In this document: piece by piece, positions 63,901-64,000 of the stretch
How positions within the stretch are numbered: position 1 is the first letter of the stretch
How the letters are laid out: each line of letters begins with the position of its first letter
Assembly: GCA_964199315.1 (NCBI GenBank)
Contig: OZ116711.1
Coordinates: 4,960,001 to 5,024,000 of the forward strand
Direction: 5' to 3'
DNA from: Orbicella franksi
Lineage: Eukaryota
DNA: 64,000 nucleotides
The notes under the pieces: generated by a model
Database searches by the model: none
Seen by the model: only the letters and a program-made list of their open reading frames with translations
Told to the model about the DNA's origin: nothing
Position numbers and translations under genes: made by a program

Positions 63901-64000
63901 TGGAGGAACCCCTTGTACTGCTTCTATTATTACCCTTAATCACTGGAGAACACTTTACCTTTGGATACTTTACAAATTTAAATCCATCTCTACTAAACGT
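11999..64000 (-). CDS. Giant secreted-type multidomain protein, 5'-partial: 26 F5/8 type C (discoidin) domains in two arrays flanking a VWDE-like VWD/EGF core, with a C-terminal VWA domain; 75 exons and 4,968 aa within the window
   Basis: Exons in transcript order: 64000-63959, 63544-63403, 62892-62585, 62183-62042, 61398-61248, 60812-60641, 60533-60392, 59809-59484, 59120-58979, 58359-58181, 57617-57474, 56909-56768, 56514-56189, 55669-55528, 55079-54901, 54425-54282, 53695-53554, 53277-52952, 52685-52544, 51659-51358, 50939-50798, 50133-49802, 49603-49462, 49022-48700, 48009-47868, 46977-46824, 46317-46146, 45937-45796, 45399-45080, 44531-44390, 43779-43656, 42936-42729, 41945-41804, 41432-41206, 40837-40751, 40332-40015, 39273-39200, 38683-38617, 38307-38104, 37553-37375, 36828-36405, 35979-35611, 34825-34580, 34236-34128, 33523-33207, 32744-32603, 32218-32040, 31393-31253, 30902-30761, 30472-30144, 29468-29327, 29070-28748, 28138-27997, 27529-27198, 26845-26704, 25498-25176, 24738-24597, 24122-23794, 23476-23335, 23133-22811, 22220-22079, 21528-21393, 20968-20773, 20154-20013, 19520-19198, 19093-18952, 18321-17993, 17557-17416, 17311-17133, 16581-16438, 15469-15328, 15143-15030, 13815-13600, 13289-12934, 12088-11999. 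All internal junctions are GT-AG with compatible phases and no in-frame stop; the total of 14,907 nt is divisible by 3. Confidence 0.9.
12166..12462. mobile_element. MITE of the same cccggggg/ctcccatatgaaaagg family
   Basis: tcccatatgaaaaggtc and gaccttttcatatggga inverted termini. Confidence 0.75.
12934..13815 (-). CDS. von Willebrand factor type A (VWA) domain (2 exons), MIDAS-degenerate
   Basis: Exon 13815-13600 (CPVTLDLAFVMDASNHV...HIGLITYA) and exon 13289-12934 (LDLAL...RVLVVMTGG...GVQVYAMGVG...ELRSIA...IC). Confidence 0.92.
15030..15143 (-). CDS. Proline-rich linker exon (RPP[VI] repeats)
   Basis: AERVKPVKPVRPPRVRPPVRPPIRPPVRPPIRPPVKPP; phase 1 at both ends, AG/GT boundaries. Confidence 0.85.
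15328..17311 (-). CDS. Discoidin domain D26 (type B, no Cys pair, 3 exons)
   Basis: RKDLPLGIEDRKI...YIM|VDL...TQGR; EVYGKRR. Confidence 0.92.
15718..16257. mobile_element. cccggggg...atatgaaaagg TIR family non-autonomous element (host of the palindromic MITE)
   Basis: Inverted termini; related copies at 12166-12462, 45444-45744 and about 2950-3110. Confidence 0.65.
15906..16140. mobile_element. Young palindromic MITE with 95-bp perfect TIRs and an AT target duplication, nested in an older repeat
   Basis: 15903-16000 is the exact reverse complement of 16046-16143; the host repeat target agaATtggtacc is split as agaAT-[element]-ATtggtacc. Confidence 0.85.
17416..18321 (-). CDS. Discoidin domain D25 (type A, no Cys pair)
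   Basis: PRPVVKALGVSKGLV...CQGR; EFYGGRA. Confidence 0.92.
18952..19520 (-). CDS. Discoidin domain D24 (type B, no Cys pair)
   Basis: TKRLPLGVEDRRI...TQGR; EVYGRRL. Confidence 0.92.
19556..19851 (-). mobile_element. Near full-length tRNA-derived SINE (cnidarian type)
   Basis: The minus strand begins with a tRNA-like head (GGTGGCCTCATGGTTAGTGCG A box; GGTTCGAGTCC B box), has the ccaggtgtataaatgggta core and a (TTTACC)-like tail. Partial copies lie at 20531-20604, 31421-31820 and 38760-38920. Confidence 0.85.
20013..21528 (-). CDS. Discoidin domain D23 (type A, no Cys pair, 3 exons)
   Basis: PRLRALGMENGRI...RQAG|YRGAW...SQGR; ELYGRNA. Confidence 0.92.
20276..20513. mobile_element. Reverse-oriented copy of the TTAA-flanked Kolobok-like MITE family
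   Basis: ggccaaaataactcaaaatatcgtgactgagctcct|ttaa. Confidence 0.7.
22079..23133 (-). CDS. Discoidin domain D22 (type B, no Cys pair)
   Basis: RNSVPIGVEDGKI...TQGR; VGFYGRRP. Confidence 0.92.
23335..24122 (-). CDS. Discoidin domain D21 (type A, no Cys pair, divergent N-terminus)
   Basis: EAPVRPSGIPTGRRGARYITASS...TQGR; EFYVRKI. Confidence 0.9.
24597..25498 (-). CDS. Discoidin domain D20 (type B, no Cys pair)
   Basis: PSRLALGVEDRRI...VQGR; ELYGYLL. Confidence 0.92.
25772..26525. mobile_element. 754-bp non-autonomous DNA transposon with 19-bp TIRs and TTAA duplication (Kolobok-like)
   Basis: ttaa|ggtggccgaacacagtttt ... aaaactgtgttcagccacc|ttaa, one TIR mismatch. Confidence 0.8.
26704..27529 (-). 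CDS. Discoidin domain D19 (type A, no Cys pair)
   Basis: RRAAPKPLGLQNGRI...TQGR; EFYGRAT. Confidence 0.92.
27997..29070 (-). CDS. Discoidin domain D18 (type B, no Cys pair)
   Basis: KYSVEVGLEDGKI...TQGR; IGLYGQRA. Confidence 0.92.
29327..30472 (-). CDS. Discoidin domain D17 (type A, no Cys pair)
   Basis: PRPVAKPLGLSNNRL...TQGR; EFYGNTL. Confidence 0.92.
30761..32218 (-). CDS. Discoidin domain D16 (type B, no Cys pair, 3 exons)
   Basis: SRLPLGVSDKRI...WLQ|VDL...IQGR; ELYGKYL. Confidence 0.92.
31421..31820 (-). mobile_element. Truncated copy of the same SINE, interrupted by a MITE (31602-31797)
   Basis: The SINE B-box motif ccagggctcgaacccgg is split by an element with gggcccgtttctcgaa / tagaaactggtcc termini. 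Confidence 0.7.
32603..33523 (-). CDS. Discoidin domain D15 (type A, no Cys pair)
   Basis: SQQYKPLGMKNGRI...TQGR; EFYGHRT. Confidence 0.92.
34128..36828 (-). CDS. Post-VWD Cys-rich region, EGF-like domain and Cys-rich tail of the VWDE-like core (4 exons)
   Basis: Exon 36828-36405 (WPTPTGIT...HC...C...CVTDIK); exon 35979-35611 with the EGF-like CPDNCNKRGRCVNGKCRCYRGYGSSDC; exon 34825-34580 (VAISNNG...IYDSACHRC); exon 34236-34128 (NNCIIKGLCY...KCIP...W). Confidence 0.88.
37375..39273 (-). CDS. von Willebrand factor type D (VWD) domain (4 exons)
   Basis: CQGTGDPHYRTFDNK|YYD...; VQARIWPCWRVVCNCGVAIRENNDVVTIDMC; GLCGNNNGNPRDD. GDPH...TFD and GLCGN.N are the hallmark VWD motifs. Confidence 0.92.
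38760..38920 (-). mobile_element. Partial copy of the same tRNA-derived SINE
   Basis: Contains ggtacccattcatacacctgggtg and ggactcgaacccggacc, shared with 19556-19851. Confidence 0.75.
40015..41432 (-). CDS. Pro/Val/Arg linker and beta-rich pre-VWD region of the VWDE-like core (3 exons)
   Basis: Exons 41432-41206 (DYPVISRPVVRPVIKPGRGCSKVALRCYF...), 40837-40751 (VACKVRARY...) and 40332-40015 (VHPKAFSMTD...YRLPPIK); phases fit. Confidence 0.8.
41442..41526. repeat. Compound microsatellite (ATCA)n(GATC)n(CAGT)n
   Basis: Direct reading. Confidence 0.95.
41804..43779 (-). CDS. Discoidin domain D14 (type A, Cys pair, 3 exons)
   Basis: MCFQPLGMQNGRI...LNQR|RVHRLVGAW...TQGR; EVYGC. Confidence 0.9.
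41987..42148. repeat. ~27-bp C-rich minisatellite, about 6 copies
   Basis: Unit approximately cccctcctccaccctcccgaaaataac. Confidence 0.9.
42431..42688 (-). mobile_element. Second tRNA-derived SINE family
   Basis: B-box-like ggttcgattccgacccgg on the minus strand, ggagaacccggagaaaaaccc core and AT-rich tail. Confidence 0.65.
43859..44097. mobile_element. MITE with CAG target duplication (PIF/Harbinger-like)
   Basis: cag|ggccgggttgttcaaagcc ... ggctttcgaacaaccgggcc|cag. Confidence 0.75.
44390..45399 (-). CDS. Discoidin domain D13 (type B, Cys pair)
   Basis: ACGAPLGLEDGRI...TQGR; ELYGC. Confidence 0.92.
44561..44958. repeat. ~400-bp compound microsatellite (AATG)n/(AATC)n/(CAGT,CTGT)n
   Basis: Direct reading. 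Confidence 0.95.
45796..46977 (-). CDS. Discoidin domain D12 (type A, Cys pair, 3 exons)
   Basis: MCNRPLGMMTGGI...WSAR|YNN...TQGR; EVFGC. Confidence 0.92.
47088..47522. mobile_element. Decayed DNA transposon with many subterminal tccgaaa / tttcgga repeats
   Basis: Inverted clusters of (g)tccgaaa at both ends; tacctgc...gcaagta termini. Confidence 0.55.
47868..49022 (-). CDS. Discoidin domain D11 (type B, Cys pair)
   Basis: RCDIPLGSEDGRL...IQGR; ELYGC. Confidence 0.92.
48454..48680. mobile_element. TTAA-flanked ~230-bp non-autonomous element (Kolobok-like), multicopy
   Basis: TTAA on both sides; TIRs aggagttcagtcacgg / catgactgagctcct; homologous copies at 6111-6353, 20276-20513 (reverse), 46536-46731 and 17650-17749 (partial). 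Confidence 0.75.
49462..50133 (-). CDS. Discoidin domain D10 (type A, Cys pair)
   Basis: VCSYPLGVQSGRI...TQGR; ELHGC. Confidence 0.92.
50221..50547. mobile_element. MITE with ggcgcttaccattta inverted termini
   Basis: Perfect 15-bp inverted match between 50223-50237 and 50444-50458; a second degenerate end lies near 50530-50547. Confidence 0.6.
50798..51659 (-). CDS. Discoidin domain D9 (type B, Cys pair, loop deletion)
   Basis: RCALPLGLEDKRI...GRINSIRSWSAR...TQGR; ELYGC. Confidence 0.92.
51724..52400. repeat. Diverged intronic tandem duplication with a ~350-bp period
   Basis: ggaaaa..gtgtaaggtaaat...gtttcaaaataaaaa.gtagaacattagttcaa...cacttctaagta occurs near 51724 and again near 52074. 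Confidence 0.85.
52544..53277 (-). CDS. Discoidin domain D8 (type A, Cys pair)
   Basis: QCNRPMGMENRRI...TQGR; ELNGC. Confidence 0.92.
52761..52936. mobile_element. MITE family with aatag/ctatt-type termini; second copy at 60946-61115
   Basis: Shared core gtattggac.ggaactagcttgcaactgaggct and inverted ends. Confidence 0.7.
53554..55079 (-). CDS. Discoidin domain D7 (type B, Cys pair, 3 exons)
   Basis: KCNMPLGMADRRI...YLQ|IDFE...TQGR; EFFGC. Confidence 0.92.
54728..54792. repeat. (TTGA)n microsatellite
   Basis: Direct reading. Confidence 0.95.
55528..56514 (-). CDS. Discoidin domain D6 (type A, Cys pair)
   Basis: PCAAPVGIQSGRI...TQGR; ELYGC. Confidence 0.92.
56768..58359 (-). CDS. Discoidin domain D5 (type B, Cys pair, 3 exons)
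   Basis: RCKVPIGIEDRRI...WLQ|VDFG...TQGR; EFYGC. Confidence 0.92.
58979..59809 (-). CDS. Discoidin domain D4 (type A, Cys pair)
   Basis: LCNRPLGMQNRRI...TQGR; ELYGC. Confidence 0.92.
60392..61398 (-). CDS. Discoidin domain D3 (type B, Cys pair, 3 exons)
   Basis: PCDVPLGMEDGRV...WIAK|YNN...TQGR; ELYGC. Confidence 0.92.
60946..61115. mobile_element. Second copy of the 52761-52936 MITE family
   Basis: aatagggcattttcgtattctc ... gagaacacgaatatggcctgtt. Confidence 0.7.
62042..62892 (-). CDS. Discoidin domain D2 (type A, Cys pair)
   Basis: LCNRPLGLESGRI...TQGRRDANQWV; 142-nt exon ending EFYGC. Confidence 0.92.
63403..64000 (-). CDS. Discoidin domain D1 (partial; runs off the window)
   Basis: Exons 64000-63959 (TFSRDGFKFVKYPK) and 63544-63403 (VFTANSDRH...WMSMRVEFIGC). 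Confidence 0.85.

Overview
Eukaryotic, AT-rich, intron-containing genomic DNA with no prokaryotic features. The SINE/MITE families and the histone sequence suggest an anthozoan, probably a stony coral (inference). About 52 kb (11999-64000, minus strand) is one giant gene whose 5' end lies beyond the right edge of the window. I traced 75 GT-AG exons by hand with mutually compatible phases, giving 14,907 nt, or 4,968 aa plus a stop. Domain order, N to C: at least 14 F5/8 type C (discoidin) domains with the canonical Cys pair; a Pro/Val/Arg linker; a VWDE-like core (VWD with GDPH, EGF, Cys-rich tail); 12 discoidin domains that all lack the Cys pair; a (RPP[VI])n linker; a MIDAS-degenerate VWA domain; and a short charged tail. 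The discoidin domains alternate strictly between two subtypes. The Cys-free block is three copies of a four-domain unit, and the protein is very Arg/Lys-rich. The left 12 kb holds a histone H2B pseudogene, an intronless divergent class A GPCR, a lone ASMT-like terminal exon, an RTE-type LINE remnant and many MITEs. All coordinates and counts are manual.
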